The position numbers and the translations under genes are program-made. The notes beneath the pieces were generated by a model, which saw only the letters and a list, made by a program, of their open reading frames with translations, was not told the DNA's origin and ran no database searches. A stretch of DNA of 64,000 nt from the human T2T-CHM13v2.0 reference genome, Homo sapiens. The stretch is from assembly GCF_009914755.1 (NCBI RefSeq), contig NC_060947.1, one strand, 5' to 3'. Shown here piece after piece: positions 1-14,334 of this stretch (position 1 is its first letter; each line of letters starts with the position of its first letter).

Positions 1-612
1 TGCCCAGGTAAAACAGTCTAGCAGTTCCTCAAACTATTAAATATAGAGTTATCATATGACCTGGCAATGCCAGTCCTAGGTATATGCCCAAGAGAAGTGA
101 AAACATATGTTCACACACAATATTGTACACAAGTGGTTTATAGCAATGTTATTCAAAGCAACCAAAAGACAAAAGCAGCCCAAAATCTATTAATGGCTGA
201 ATGGATAAGCAAAATATGTACATATATACAAAGGAGTATTATTTGGCAATAAAAAGGAATGAAATACTGATACATACTGCAACTTGGATGAACCTTGAAG
301 ACATTATGCTAAATGAAAGAAGCCACTCACAAAAAGTCTGGATATTATATGATTCCATTAATATGAAAGCCCAGAATAGGGAAATCCACAGGGACAGCCA
401 GGAGATTAGTGTTTGCTTAGGGCTGGCTGTGGAGGATGGCGGATATCAGCGTGATAGCTAGTGGGTATGATATTCCTTTTTGAGGTGATGAAACATTCTA
501 AAATTAACTGCAGTGAAGAATGCACCTAACTGTGAATATATTAAAGCCATTGAATTGTACTCCCAAATTGTACGGTGTGGATTATATCCCAATAGAGTTG
601 ATTTAAAGAGAG
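1..612 (+). mobile_element. Old L1 (L1M-type) 3' end fragment
   Basis: Typical L1M ORF2-end and 3' UTR text (ccatatgacc..gcaat..ctaggtatatgcccaagaga; aaaaggaatgaaatactgatacatactgcaacttggatgaaccttg). Confidence 0.8.
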
Positions 613-619
613 AAAAAAA

Positions 620-885
620 TACTCCCCAGATGATTTTAATGTGCAGCTGAGTTTGAGAACCACTGATGTAGTTGAAAGAACATGCACTTGAAGTTAGACA
701 GATTGGAACAAAATGACTGTGTCATTAGGTGACCCAGCTGTGGCTTTCTGAGCCTCATTTTCCTCATCTGGAGAATGAGGATAATAATTACTGTCTCATA
801 GGCTTTAGAAAGAGGATTTGGTGTGGAAAACAAATGAAAGTATGTGTAGAGTCTGACATTTAGCAAGCCGGCACTCTATTAAAGG
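620..885. mobile_element. MER5-like end followed by MIR fragment
   Basis: ctccccagatgattttaatgtgcagctgagtttgagaaccactg, then the MIR core ctgagcctcattttcctcatctggagaatgaggataataa. Confidence 0.6.
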
Positions 886-3800
886 AAGCCATTGCCATTA
901 TTGTTTTTCTTTTCTGCCTGAAGGCTCACAGGGCCAGCATTAGAAATATTCGTCCTCACTGCACTGACCGGGGAGAAGGTGATCTGGAGTGGAGCGGACC
1001 AGGCCAAATGCATTACCTGAATGCAGACTCAATAAATGTCCTCTGTGCTCATAACAATTTTTTTGGCCCCATCACAAAGCCCACAATATTCCCATGAGTA
1101 AGACTGCAGCATCATTGTTCACTAAGGAAATGTAATTGTTTTTTTTGTTTTGTTTTGTTTTTTTGCCATTAAAACTTATGAAGACCAAACACGGGTCCAC
1201 AGTGGGATCTTACTGGTATACCCTTGCCTTTCATAACATATTTGTCATCAAATTCTATCAAATCTACTGCTATAATATGCCTCTCAAATCCAGCCACTTG
1301 TATCCATTTCCACTGCCACTACCCTAGACCAGGCTTCTAGCATCTCTTACCTAATAATTCTGATCCTCTTTAACTGCCTCTACCCTTTTTCCCCTCCAAA
1401 TCCTTCTCCGCACTGCAGCCAGAGTGATTTTTGTAAAATGCCAATTTGATCAAATCTCTAATTTAAAGACCTTCAAATGGCTTAAAATCTTTCAATGATC
1501 CCCTATAGCTCTAAAAGTCCAACTTCTGTCTAACCCTCCAGGCTTATCTCTTACTACTCTCTGTCTCCTAAACATCTTTTGAAATTGGCCATTTCTTTGT
1601 TGCTCTACACCGTGAGTCCAATCTGCCACCATACTCAATCAGTACTCTTGAACAGCTTGCAAACAGTTTTTCCTAGCTTCAGCCATGCCCCCTTTGAATC
1701 CACCTTCCACATAGCAGCCAGGGTGACTCCTTTGCTTAAACCCTTTTTATGCCTCCCAATTTGCCTAAAAACAAAGATCAAGCTTCTTATCAGGGCTATA
1801 AGACCTTCCATGATTTGACCCTGCTGACTTATCCCCCTTCATGCTTACTTACTCAGTTTTCCATACACACTGCTTCTTCCTATCCATGGACCTTTGCAAA
1901 CATTCTTGCTTTCTGGAATTTCCTGCCTCTGGCCTTGCACGTCCAAGTCTACTACATCCTTCAAGGCCTAGTTCAAATAATACTGTATTCAGGAACTCTC
2001 CCCGAACTCCCCCGAGGAACAGTTCTTCCTGGCTTTCAGACGTCTCATTTTGCATTATTTTTGTCTCATCACTTTCTCATTTAGTTTCTCATCATGTCTA
2101 GTATGGATCTCTCTGCCTCAAATCTAAGATTGTTGAGGTTTAACCACAAATTTTGTTTGAGCCACAAATAACTGAGTCTTAAACAGAAAAAAAAAAAACC
2201 AGAGGATCTGGGCAATACCTGAAGGTATTGATTGGGGGGATGTGGCTATGCAAGTGTGAGGGGTAACAAGCTTAAATATATAAACTCCTTGGATTACTAA
2301 AATAGATTAGAATCATCCCTGCTAGGTGGTCCAATGTGTGAATTTAGATCGGGGGAGTTAAATCAAAATGAGAGAAGTTGTCGTAGAGTTGAAAAATAAA
2401 ATCAAGATCCTTGGCAAGGAACTAGATCTAACTAGAAACGTGTTAGAAAGATGTGCTCAGCGTATACCTCTGAATGTGCATATGTATACATAAATGTGCA
2501 CATGCATACTTTTTTATAGATATGAGTGATTACATATATGCATGAGTTTAAGTGTGTGAATGCATGGCTCTGCACAGACATGTATGTATCTGGGTATGCT
2601 TATGAATATTTCAAATGTGGTTTTATATGTGTGTATAGTTGCAGAGTAGGGAGGGTCTTAGCTTGAGCCTCAGCTCTGTCAATTGTTGACATTCACACAT
2701 GCCTGGGCATGGCTGAGAAACTGGTGGGGCAGGCCCGTCAGAAATATATTTGTATTGAAGGACTAAGGATCCTCCTGGGAGATAATTTATCCTGGAAAAA
2801 GAAAGAGGTATACAAACTTGGCCCAGTAAGAAAGCTTTAGTAACTAGAGGGGAGGGACATTTCTGAGTAGAGCACAGTGGCTGTCACTCGAGTTTGTCTC
2901 CAGACTTAGCACCACAGATTCAATGTCTGAGCCTTATGGGTATGTAAGAAGTTGTAGTCAATAAAAACAAAAACAGCTGTTTTACAAAAATATTTTGTCA
3001 TTATGCACATGCATGACTGCTTTGGGACTGTACTAATTCATTCATTTTTTTCAGTCAACAAATATATTTATCTAACACCTGCTCTGTACCAGATACTGTG
3101 CTAAAAACGCTGGGGATGAAGCAGCAAACAAAGTGACAGAGCTTACATTTGAGTGTAGCCCCCAAAAGAGAGGCATTTTCTGCCACATCCTCCCAAATAT
3201 CATATACTTGGACATCTATAGGCAGAGTTGCAGCTAGTCTATACTGTATCTGTACAAATTAGAAAATGGCACCTGCTCTAGGCAGCCCCAAATCTTGGTG
3301 AGGGAACAATGCACTCTCTGAGCAGGTGAATTAGAAATAGGTATGCATCTTCTCCTCTAGGACAGATTCAACTCCACAGGCATACTGCATGACAGGGGAA
3401 CACGGGATGAATTTGACAACTCCTTGTCCTCTCAGAGAGACATCTCTTGTGCAGTGTGCAATCTGTACAACAGTCCATGGTGACCATGGCTGCAAGTCTC
3501 CAAGGTGTCAACAGTTGCTCTGGGCACAAGATAGTGATGCCCAGCACTAATTTTGGTGGTATTTTAGAAAAGCTACTACTAAGGGAAACTATTATTACTC
3601 CATAGAAGTAACAGCAGTTTCTACTGTGAATTACAGAAGCCAGCAGAGGCAGCTGATATCCAGTTGATGTGGTACCATGCCTTCCAAATGCAGCATTACA
3701 CAGCGCAAGTGTCAGCTCTGCCTAGAAAATATAGCAATGCTTAGATCACATGAGAGCACTTAGAGGATATAAGCTGGAGCACAATAATGGGAGAAAGAAA

Positions 3801-3933
3801 ACACAAAATCCATGTACTTATTCTGACACTACTCATTCATGACCATGTGTGAGAACCCCCCTAAAAACACCCAGAAAAAATTTATTGTGGTACAAACCCT
3901 TCGGGGGATAAAGGAGAAGGCAAGAACTAGAAA

Positions 3934-3992
3934 ATGTGTGTGTGTGTGTGTGCGTGTGTGTGTGTGTGTGAGAGAGAGAGAGCGCGAGAGAG
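3934..3992. repeat. (TG)n(AG)n compound microsatellite
   Basis: Seen directly. Confidence 0.95.
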
Positions 3993-4458
3993 CGCATGCA
4001 TGTGTGCAAATATGTGTATGCACAGGCAGCCCAGGGGCTTCTCTTTGCATTTCACATAAAGGATAGAGTCAAAATGTGTAGCTATAGCTTTCCAGCCTCT
4101 CCAAGAAGAGGGGTAGTTTTCCCTTGCGTAAAATAAAATCCATTTGTTCAGCTATGCAGAAAGAGTTTTCTTCAATATTGGTTGAGCGATTGAATTTAGA
4201 TCCACAGTACTCAAAGTACTATTGATAGCAATATTAGGATATTTATATCTAGAATCTTAAGGCTTTGTTTAGATTTATGTGAGTTATTTGTATATTAAGA
4301 ATATCAACCATTTAAAGAACTGCTGTTAAATATTCACAGTTTTTCCTAATGTGCTGCTTTTTATTAACAGACTGTTTTCTGATTTTAAAAGCAATATATG
4401 CTAGCCTGAAGAGTATGTAAAATTTACAAAGGAAATAAAAATTAGCCATAGCCCCACC

Positions 4459-4462
<4 letters not shown>

Positions 4463-4505
<43 letters not shown>
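4463..4505. repeat. (CA)~21 microsatellite
   Basis: Seen directly. Confidence 0.95.
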
Positions 4506-4507
<2 letters not shown>

Positions 4508-4675
4508 TGCTATGTAAATAGTTGTTATACTATATTTTTTATTTTCATTATTTTATTGATATATATATGAATATATATCTGAATATATATATGAATAGTT
4601 TTGATCAGCAGTTGGTTGATTCCACAGATGCAGAACCCATGAATATGGAATACATGGTTATAGAGGGCTGATTGT
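4506..4675 (+). mobile_element. MER2-like (Tc1/mariner-Tigger) 3' half
   Basis: aaatgctatgtaaatagttgttatact...gttggttgattccacagatgcagaacccatg...gagggctgattgTA. Confidence 0.6.
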
Positions 4676-4822
4676 ATATACACATATGCAATCCATATCC
4701 ACGGATTATGCTGCTATATATAATTTTGTGTTCTCATTTTCACTTAACCATATATATATACACATACATGTATGTATATATACGTATATATGTATATACG
4801 TATATATATGCATATATATATA

Positions 4823-5135
4823 CAATCAGCCCTCCATATCCATGGGTTCCATATCCATGGGTCCTGCATCTGCAGAATCAACCAACCACTAATCAAAACT
4901 GTTCCCATAAAAAAACAAGAAAATAATACAAATAAAAACTATAGTATAACAACTATTTACATAGCGTTTGCATTGTGTTAGGTATGATAAGTAATCTAGA
5001 GGCAACTTAAACTATATGGGAGGATACGTATAGGTTATATGCAAATACTATACCATTTTATATCAGGGATTTGACCATCACAGATTTTGGTATCCACGGG
5101 GGTACTGAAAGCAATCCCCTACAGATACTGGGAGA
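4823..5135 (-). mobile_element. MER2-like DNA transposon
   Basis: TAcaatcagccctccatatccatgggttcc...agtaatctagag...ttggtatccacgggggtactg..atcccctacagatactg. Confidence 0.65.
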
Positions 5136-5166
<31 letters not shown>

Positions 5167-5669
5167 ATTAATATTGTGATGTTTTTCCATGCATACACAC
5201 ACACAAACACACATTAGGATTCTGCTGCTGTATACAATTTTGTGTTCTGATTTTCACTTAACCTTTTATTGAGAACATTTCCCCATGTCATATTGTATAT
5301 TCTATAAAATATATTTAATAAATGGCTGCATAGTATTTCATTTTATCAATAGGCCATAAAGATTTTCTTTTCCTATTATAAATAACATTTCAATAAACAT
5401 CCTCAAATATACATGTTTATGAGCATCTTTGCTTAGTTACTATTATATATTATTGGAAGTGGAATTATTCAGTCGAGTTGATGAACATTTAAAAGATTCC
5501 AGATACATACCACTAAAGTGTTCTCTATTTAAGGTTAAGCTGATTTACACTCAATGTACAGTCTTAGCAGTAGTGTATAAGTGCTCTTTTTACCCCATGT
5601 CTGTTAAATAATGAGGATTATCTTTTTATAAATATCTTTATTAATTTATTCATAATAAAATGTATGTTT

Positions 5670-6700
5670 TAGTTTCAGATAGTATGGCTGTCTAGGTATT
5701 TGGACAGATTTCTGCAGGCAGAAAACAGCTAAAACTGCTGGATAAAGCATATGCATATTATGCTATGTACAGTGTATATATATATACATATATAGTGTAT
5801 ATATGATATGTGTGGAGAAAGAGAATCTTGTTAAAAGTGTCAAAAAGCTAATGAGATGGAAATTACCAGGCATGGATCTAAATGAAGGCAGCAACCCAAA
5901 GAAATAAGCCAAGCCCTGAAATTTTTCCCTAAGGACATTTGCCAAAACAGCCTAATTTGAACTTTGCTCTTTTGTGTCTATGTGATTTATCCAGATATGG
6001 GGACAGAACATAAAGCTCAGGGCTCTACCAAGATGGGGAAACTAATTAAGAGTCCCTACCACCATAAATCCAGTATCCTAAGGGGTTATGTTCTCAGTGT
6101 AAAGGTGAACCAGAAATAAATACATATCCTCAGGAAAATGTAAGGAAAGTTTCTTTGTTGCCTATCACAGCTAGTTGATGGGAGAAGGCGAATAACCATT
6201 CCTGGTAAATTATAACCACAATTTAGCTCTTGTGTGGGTTTATTGCCCCACATTTACATTACAAGTGAGAACATGTGGTATTTGGCTTTCTGTTCCTGTA
6301 TCAATTCACTTATGATAATGGCCTCCAGCTGCATTCATGTTGTTGCAAAGGACTTGACTTCCTTTTTTATGGCTGCATAGTATTCCATATATGTACCACA
6401 TCTATGAAAATATCTTTGAATCTTGAGGATAAAATACAATTTTCAAACAGTCAGGGACTTTGCCACCAGCAGACATACAATATAAGAAATGATAAAGGAT
6501 GTATACTACAGGCAGAAGGAATATGATTTTTGATAGAACATTTGAATACCAAGAAAGGTTGATAAGCAAAGAAAATGACAAATATGCAGGGATAAGGAAA
6601 CTAACTACATAAAACAATAGTATCTTGTGGAGTTTCTTCAAAATAAGAGAAGTTAAGTACACAACAATGAAATAATATTTCACTGTTGTATTATTTGCAT
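5670..6700. mobile_element. Degenerate L1 fragments, including an L1P 3' piece at ~6262-6400 (-)
   Basis: agtgagaacatgtggtatttggctttctgttcctg...ttttttatggctgcatagtattccat. Flanking sequence resembles old L1 5'/ORF1 regions. Confidence 0.5.
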
Positions 6701-7067
6701 ATTTTTGTTACCAGTAAGCTTGAACAATTTTTGTATGTAGCCATATATATCTTTTCTATGAAATATTTTCTTTGTCTAATTTTCTCTTGAATTTTTAAGT
6801 TTTTCTTTTCAATTTGTATGAGTTTTAAAAGATAGATTAAAGCTATCAATCCCTCATTTATCATATTTGTTACAATATTCTTCCAAGTTTTAAAAATCTA
6901 GTACAATCTAAAAATCTTTTGTTATGCCATCCATTGCTTTTAAACTTAAAAAGGTTTTCATTATTAGCAGATCTGACGAACAGTCTTTTTGGGTTTTTTC
7001 TATTGTTTTTGTTTAGTTTTTCACATTCCCTTTTTTAGATCCTTCTGGATTCTGTATTAATACATGC

Positions 7068-7852
<785 letters not shown>

Positions 7853-8159
7853 ATAGTTATCTAATTATCCAAGCACTATTTGTAGTATAATTTCATACTT
7901 CCCCACATATGTTAATACCTTCTTATAATGTGTTACATTATATGAACAAGAAATCTTTGGGGGGGTGATCCTTGTGTTTCACTGATCTGTCTGTTCATTC
8001 TTACAGTTGTGTCAACCTGTTTTAATTACTATAGCTTTGTACTATATTTTCATGAATGCTAAGGCTAAGTCTTGTGCTTACCATTACTCTTAGTTTTTCA
8101 AATAATTCGAAAATCAAGATGAACAGTAAATTGGTTTTCAGAAGTACATTGATTGATAT

Positions 8160-9534
8160 TGAGAGGTGACAGCGTGCTGGCAGCCCTCGCTGGCTCTCGG
8201 TGCCTCCTCGGCCTCAGTGCCCACTCTGGCCGTGCTTGAGGAGCCCTTCAGCCCGCCGCTGCACTATGGGAGCCCCTCTCTGGGCTGGCTGAGGTGGGAG
8301 CTGGCTCCCTCTGCTTGCAGGGAGGTGTGGAGGGAGAGGCGCAGGTGGGAACCGGGGCTGCTCACGGGCCAGCGCGAGATCCGGGTGGGTGTGGGCTCGG
8401 CAGGCCCCACACTCGGAGTGGCTGGCCAGCACTGCCGGCCCCAGGCAGTGAGGGGCTTAGTACCTGGGCCAGCAGCTGTGAAGGGTGCACCAGGTACCCC
8501 AGCAGTGCTGGCCCACCGGTGCTGAGCTGGAATTCTCACCAGGCCTCAGCTGCCTCCCCGTGGGGCAGGGCTCGGGACCTGCAGCCCACTGTGCCTGAGC
8601 CTCCCCCATGCCGTGGGCTCCTGCGCTGGCCGAAGCCTCCCCGACGAGCACCGCCACCTGCTCTGCGGCGCCCAGTCCCATCGACTGCCCAAGGTCTGAG
8701 GAGTGTGGGCACAAGGTGCAGAACTGGCAGGCAGCTCCACCTGCGGCCCCTGTGGGGGATCCACTAGGTGAAGCCAGCTGGGCTCCTGAGTGTAGTGGGG
8801 ACTTGGAGAACCTTTATGTCTAGCTAAGGGATTGTAAATACACCAATCAGCACTCTGTATCTAGCTCAAGGTTTGTAAATGTACCAATCAGCACTCTGTA
8901 TCTAGCTAATCTGGTGGGGACTTGGGGAACCTTTATGTCTAGCTAAGGGATTGTAACTACACCAATCAGCACTCTGTGTCTAGCTCAAGGTTTGTAAACA
9001 CACCAATCAGCACCCTGTGTCTAGCTCAAGGTTTGTAAATGCACCAGTCAGTGCTCTGTGGGGACTTGGAGAACTTTTGTGTCTAGCTCAGGGATTGTAA
9101 ACACACCAATCAGCACCCTGTCAAAACGGACCAATCAGCTCTCTGTAAAATGGACCAATCAGCAGGATGTGGGTGGGGCCAGATAAGGGACTGAAAGCAG
9201 GCTGCCTGAGCCCCCAGTCGCAACCCGCCTGGTTGTCTTCCCCAGTGTGGAAGCTTTGTTCTTTTGCTCTTTGCAATAAATCGTGCTGCTGCTCACTCTT
9301 TGTGTCTGCACTGCATTTATGAGCTGTTAACACTCACGGCAAAGATCTGCAGCTTCACTCCTGAGCCAGCGAGACCACAAACCCACCAGCAGGAAGAAAC
9401 TCCGAATACATCAGAACATCAGAAGGAGCAAACTCCGGACACGTGGCCTTTAAGAACTGTAACACTCACCGCGAGGTGTCCGCGGCTTCATTCTTGAAGT
9501 CAGTGAGATCAAGAACCCACCAATTCCGGACACA
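8160..9534 (+). mobile_element. LTR12C-type (ERV9) solo LTR
   Basis: Starts TGAGAGGTGACAGCGTGCTGGCAG and ends CCAATTCCGGACACA. 4-bp TSD ATAT (8156-8159, 9535-9538). Tandem CACCAATCAGCAC enhancer repeats at ~8810-9165. Confidence 0.93.
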
Positions 9535-11250
9535 ATATGACCTTGAGGCCATGTAATTCAATGTTAATAGATCATCAAGGAGATATAATACAAGGTAATT
9601 AATATGCCTTCACAGAGTGACAGAACCAGAATAAAACATTATATCTAATTTACCAGTCTTCGAATACCCAGAAGAACATGAAACATGGGGCAGACAGAAA
9701 TGGCCTTTCCTTCCTCATGCTAACTTTTAGGATCATAATAAACTCTAAAAGAAACAAATGTGCTGTTGTGAAGCTAGTACAGTGTACATGATCCTGATCT
9801 TAGGTGGAGGAAGGCCCTGAGGTAGCTAAGTACAGAACTGCCCATGTAGAGAGGTCCTGTTTCTGGAGTCAAAGAAGGTCTTTTAGGAGTAGCCTTGTCT
9901 TCTTTATGGTATATTTCTAGAATGTCCATCACGGGGTTTCCTAATGAGACACATTTAGAGAACAATGCAGAATAGGATGAAATCCTATGCTAGACAATGT
10001 AGATGCATACTATAGAATGACTATCGTCTACAAGGTGGATGATCTCTACACTCAATTTTATAACACTGCTATATATTATTTTCTAACAGTAAATAAATAA
10101 ACATATCGGAGCCGGAATTATTTGCCAAAGGCAATGCATATATTAGTTTCTAATGCCCCCATGGAAACCTTAATAGGAGGCTGAATCTCTTAACTTTGTT
10201 TACATCAATGAAAGGTACTTCAGCACATCCAAATAAAATATGGAAAAATACTCAGTAACAGACTAAGAAGCATCTTGATTTGCTGGAAGGAAGGGAAAGG
10301 GAAAGCGGGACTGGAATTTACCCATAAATTTGCAAGGTTTGCAGAAATAAGAGAGCCTGATATTAGCTTCACTTGACTTTGGCTACAGCCCCACTTGAGG
10401 CTGATGGAAGAAAACAAGTCTTTATCATCCTATTCCAACCCCCATCTTCAGTCACAGAGCCAGAGGCAGAGAGGACTAGAAATTTGGTGTGGCTGACTTT
10501 TCTGCACTGGGTGTGGATTTCGTGTTGATGTAAGTTGGGTGGCTGAAGTCCACGCTGCTTAAATAGAAACGGTGTTTGGGTCTGCTTTAAGAGTGCCTCT
10601 CCATGAATGGGCAGAAGACAGAGGCTTGTCCTTGAGATAATTAGGGAAACTACCCACCGCACCTCCCCACCTGTCACATGCAGTTCGCCATGCCCCAAGC
10701 TGAAATTACACACCCCCTTCACTCCCAACTACCCCATTAACTTCCTCTTGCAGTACGAAAGGTCTACTGATAGTAGTATCATCTACCCAGCTGAGTTCAG
10801 TTCAAAAATCTTTATTGATCATCTATTTTGTGCTGGATACTGAGATAACTAGTAAATTACACATAAACCTTTCTCTTTTAGAGATTACCATATAGAAAAG
10901 CAGACAGACAAGCAATTTCAGTGTATGAGTAGGATAGGAGCTAGGCAAGGAAGAGGAAGGAAGTTTCATATGGAGGAAAAACACTAAGCAAAATCTTGAG
11001 ACTGTATGCAAGAAGCTATGAACTCATGTGATAATCAAAGGGAAAGTGTGAGGATAGAAGCAGTGGAAAACAAAGATGAACAAGTAGTCAGGGGCCAGGT
11101 CATTCTAAGAAGTCTGGACCAAGCCTGATAGTGATAATGAGACACTGGGGAGCTTTTGACTGGGGAGAGTCAGGATTATATCGACATTTGTAAAAGATCA
11201 CTGTGGCTGTTTTGTAAAGAAAAAACTAGACTGGATCAAGAGTGAGAGCG

Positions 11251-11671
11251 GAACCAACCCAAATGTCCAACAATGATAGTCTGGATTAAGAAAATGTGGC
11301 ACATATACACCATGGAATACTATGCAGCCATAAAAAATGATGAGTTCATGTCCTTTGTAGGGACATGGATGAAATTGGAAACCATCATTCTCAGTAAACT
11401 ATCGCAAGAACAAAAAACCAAACACCGCATATTCTCACTCATAGGTGGGAATTGAACAATGAGATCACATGGACACAGGAAGGGGAATATCACACTCTGG
11501 GGACTGTGGTGGGGTGGGGGGAGGGGGGAGGGATAGCATTGGGAGATATACCTAATGCTAGATGACGCGTTAGTGGGTGCAGCGCACCAGCATGGCACAT
11601 GTATACATATGTAACTAACCTGCACAATGTGCACATGTACCCTAAAACTTAAAGTATAATAAAAAAAAAAA
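11251..11671 (+). mobile_element. 5'-truncated young L1 (L1PA2/pre-Ta-like) 3' end
   Basis: ORF2 C-terminus (...HRIFSLIGGN*), intact 3' UTR and poly-A. Perfect 13-bp TSD AAGAGTGAGAGCG (11238-11250, 11672-11684). Confidence 0.93.
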
Positions 11672-14082
11672 AAGAGTGAGAGCGAAAATACTTATTTAGA
11701 ATCTAGATTATTTAGGCCTGTCCAGTTACCCAAGCTAGAAATTACTTACTTTATATTTCCCCCTTTTCATCGTAACCAATAATCACATCAAGTTCTCCCA
11801 ATTCTACTGCCAAAATTCATTTAATCACTCAGTGTTTATTGAACTCTTCTATGCATCCAATGCCATGATAGGTGAAAAATAATTCATTTTTCTCCTAAGA
11901 GAGGCTGATTGCCTTGTGGGAGTGGAAAACACGTAAACAGGTAATTTTGAAATAATGTAGTATGTATTTACTGGGTGCTCTCCAAGCTGGAAGTGTAGAG
12001 AAAGATTGAGGGGGCGGGGAGGGGAGGGGGGAGAGAGAGAGATTCTCTGTGCAGAGAATGAGAGAGAAATAAGGGATCCATGGAAATGAGGTAAGAGTTA
12101 TAAGGATGAGTAAGAATTCCCTAAGAGGAGGAAGTTTGGAAGAGGGTATTGCATGTGATGGGAATAGCTCATGCAGAGGCATGGAAACATGATTGAGTAG
12201 GGCTTGGTTTAGGAAGCAGCAAGAAGTTTGGAGTCACTGAAACTGGAGCTTAGATTATGAGAGTTAGCATAAAAGGTGAGGTTGGAGAGATAGGCCAAGT
12301 TGGAATGTGAAAGCCCTTGTCCGATGAGGTGAATCCTGGAGAGTCATGAGAGATTTTTAAGCTGAAGAATGTGATTGATCAGATTTGGGACTTGAATCCA
12401 TATCTTAGGCCACCGTAATTTATCACCATCTCTTCATTCTCCCTAATTGTGCCCTATTAAAGCTCTTGCTCTTTCTTATTTATATGATTGCAGTGGTCTC
12501 CTTACAGATCTCCCTGCCCCAGGTAAACCCCTCCAAACTATCCTTCACTTTTGTGTCTTTCTAAAACCCCAATCTGCTCCTACCACTCTGCTGCAGCAGG
12601 CCAGTGACTCCCCATCATTGCCAGGAGAAATCCTCAAAGGCTCAGTATGGCATGCAAGACCCTCACATTCCAGCCTGTGCTGCTTTCTACCCTCATCTCC
12701 CATCACTCTTTCTCGCTCTTATTCTAGCCAGCCCCTCTTGACATCCCTGCTAACTCCAGGTCTCCCAAGCCTGCCAGGCACACTCAGGACTCTATGCCTT
12801 TCCTGAGTCTCCTCTCTCAAAGTCTATCTGGAGATGTTCTTAACTGCAAATTGCTCCTTAATCTTCAAGAATCAGCCCACAAGGCAAGTTCCTCTGACCC
12901 TGCCTTGACTCCTACAGGAAAAATAAATCCCTTTCCTTCTCTGAGCTCCCTGGCATATGGCACATGCTGATATTAGTGCATACATCACATTGCTTAATAA
13001 TTATTGCTTAAAAGTCTGTCTCTTAGGCGAGAACATAAGTTCCACCAGAGGATAAGGCCATATCACATTCCTCCTATAAACTCAGCTCATAGCACCGTGC
13101 CTGACACATACTTAGAAGCTTGGCAAATGTTAAATAAAGACACTGATCTTTTTGTCCCATTTTTGTCTGGAATCTAGAATCTTTCTCACTAAGCAACTAC
13201 TTACTGTCCAAGAGAAGTCACTCTTTTTTGGGCTAGGTTTCCATTGCTAGGTCACTGCAATTATTCTCTTTAACCAGTCGGACAGCAAAAGGTCTGTAGC
13301 TGAGACATTTTTTGAGTTAGCACGGGCTTCATTCTCCATGCCATAGCTTCCAGAGGGACTCAAGCACCCAACACAGTCTCAGTTTGCAACCAAGCAACAT
13401 GATAAAGCCCGTGTCTGTCTTTTAAATGTCCACCCCTTCCATTCACCTCTGTATATTTTGGGGCCTAAGCAAAGGACCAAGAACATTCTCAGAGCTATCT
13501 TGGGGCATGGCATAATGTCTACACTTCAGCTGAGATTTTTCTAAGGATAGCCACACATATGTCCCAAAGAGGGACTACAAAAAAACAGGGAAAACTATGT
13601 CTGCTAGTATCCAGGCTTCCTATGGCTCCCTCTTAAATGGAAGAACAACAAACCCCCACACTGGGGTTAGTTGAAGGGTCAGAGCCCTCAGAAATCCTTC
13701 TATTTCTCAATTGTGGATTTAACATCCATCCACTTTCAAACTCCAAGAAAAGTTCAGCATGGGCTCTAACAACCGCCCCCCTGCCCCCGCCATTTCCTCA
13801 ACTCTTAATGCTTACAGCAGCTGGTAGGAACTTCAAGCTACTAAGCCCAGGGCACTCCCTGGAGCTTACAGCACGAGTAAGAAAGTATCTAGTGCCTCAG
13901 GAGCCAATTCCTGGAGGGGCTTTCTGGGGCACCCAGGAGTCTCTGGTTACTTGGCAGACTGCACAGGCCACTCATATTGAAGCACACATGTAGGGCTAAC
14001 ATTTTGGGGGATAACCTTAGGTTGCTTTAAGGGCAGCCTGAAAATGTCTCTAATTATTGTTGTCAAAAGTGTTGAAGACCGA

Positions 14083-14334
14083 CTTTGGGAGGCCGAGGCA
14101 GGTGATCACCTGTGGTCAGGAGTTTGAGACCAGCCTGGCCAACAGCGAAACCCTGTCCCTACTAAAAATACAAAAATTAGCCAAGCGTGGTGGCAAGTGA
14201 CTGTAATCCCAGCTACTTGGGAGGCTGAGGCAGGGGAACCGCTTGAATCCGTGAGGCAGAGGTTCCAGTGAGCCGAGATGGCGCCACTGAACTTCCAGCC
14301 TGGATGACAGAGCAAGATTCTGTCTTAAAAAAAA
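14083..14334 (+). mobile_element. 5'-truncated AluS
   Basis: Begins at ctttgggaggccgaggcagg and ends in a short A tail. Confidence 0.88.

Noticed and set aside
8810-9165. Repeat array superficially like a CRISPR
   Set aside because: These are LTR12 U3 tandem enhancer repeats with no unique spacers, in a eukaryotic context.
8166-9497. Overlapping ORFs of up to 157 aa
   Set aside because: All lie within the GC-rich LTR12C, which is non-coding.
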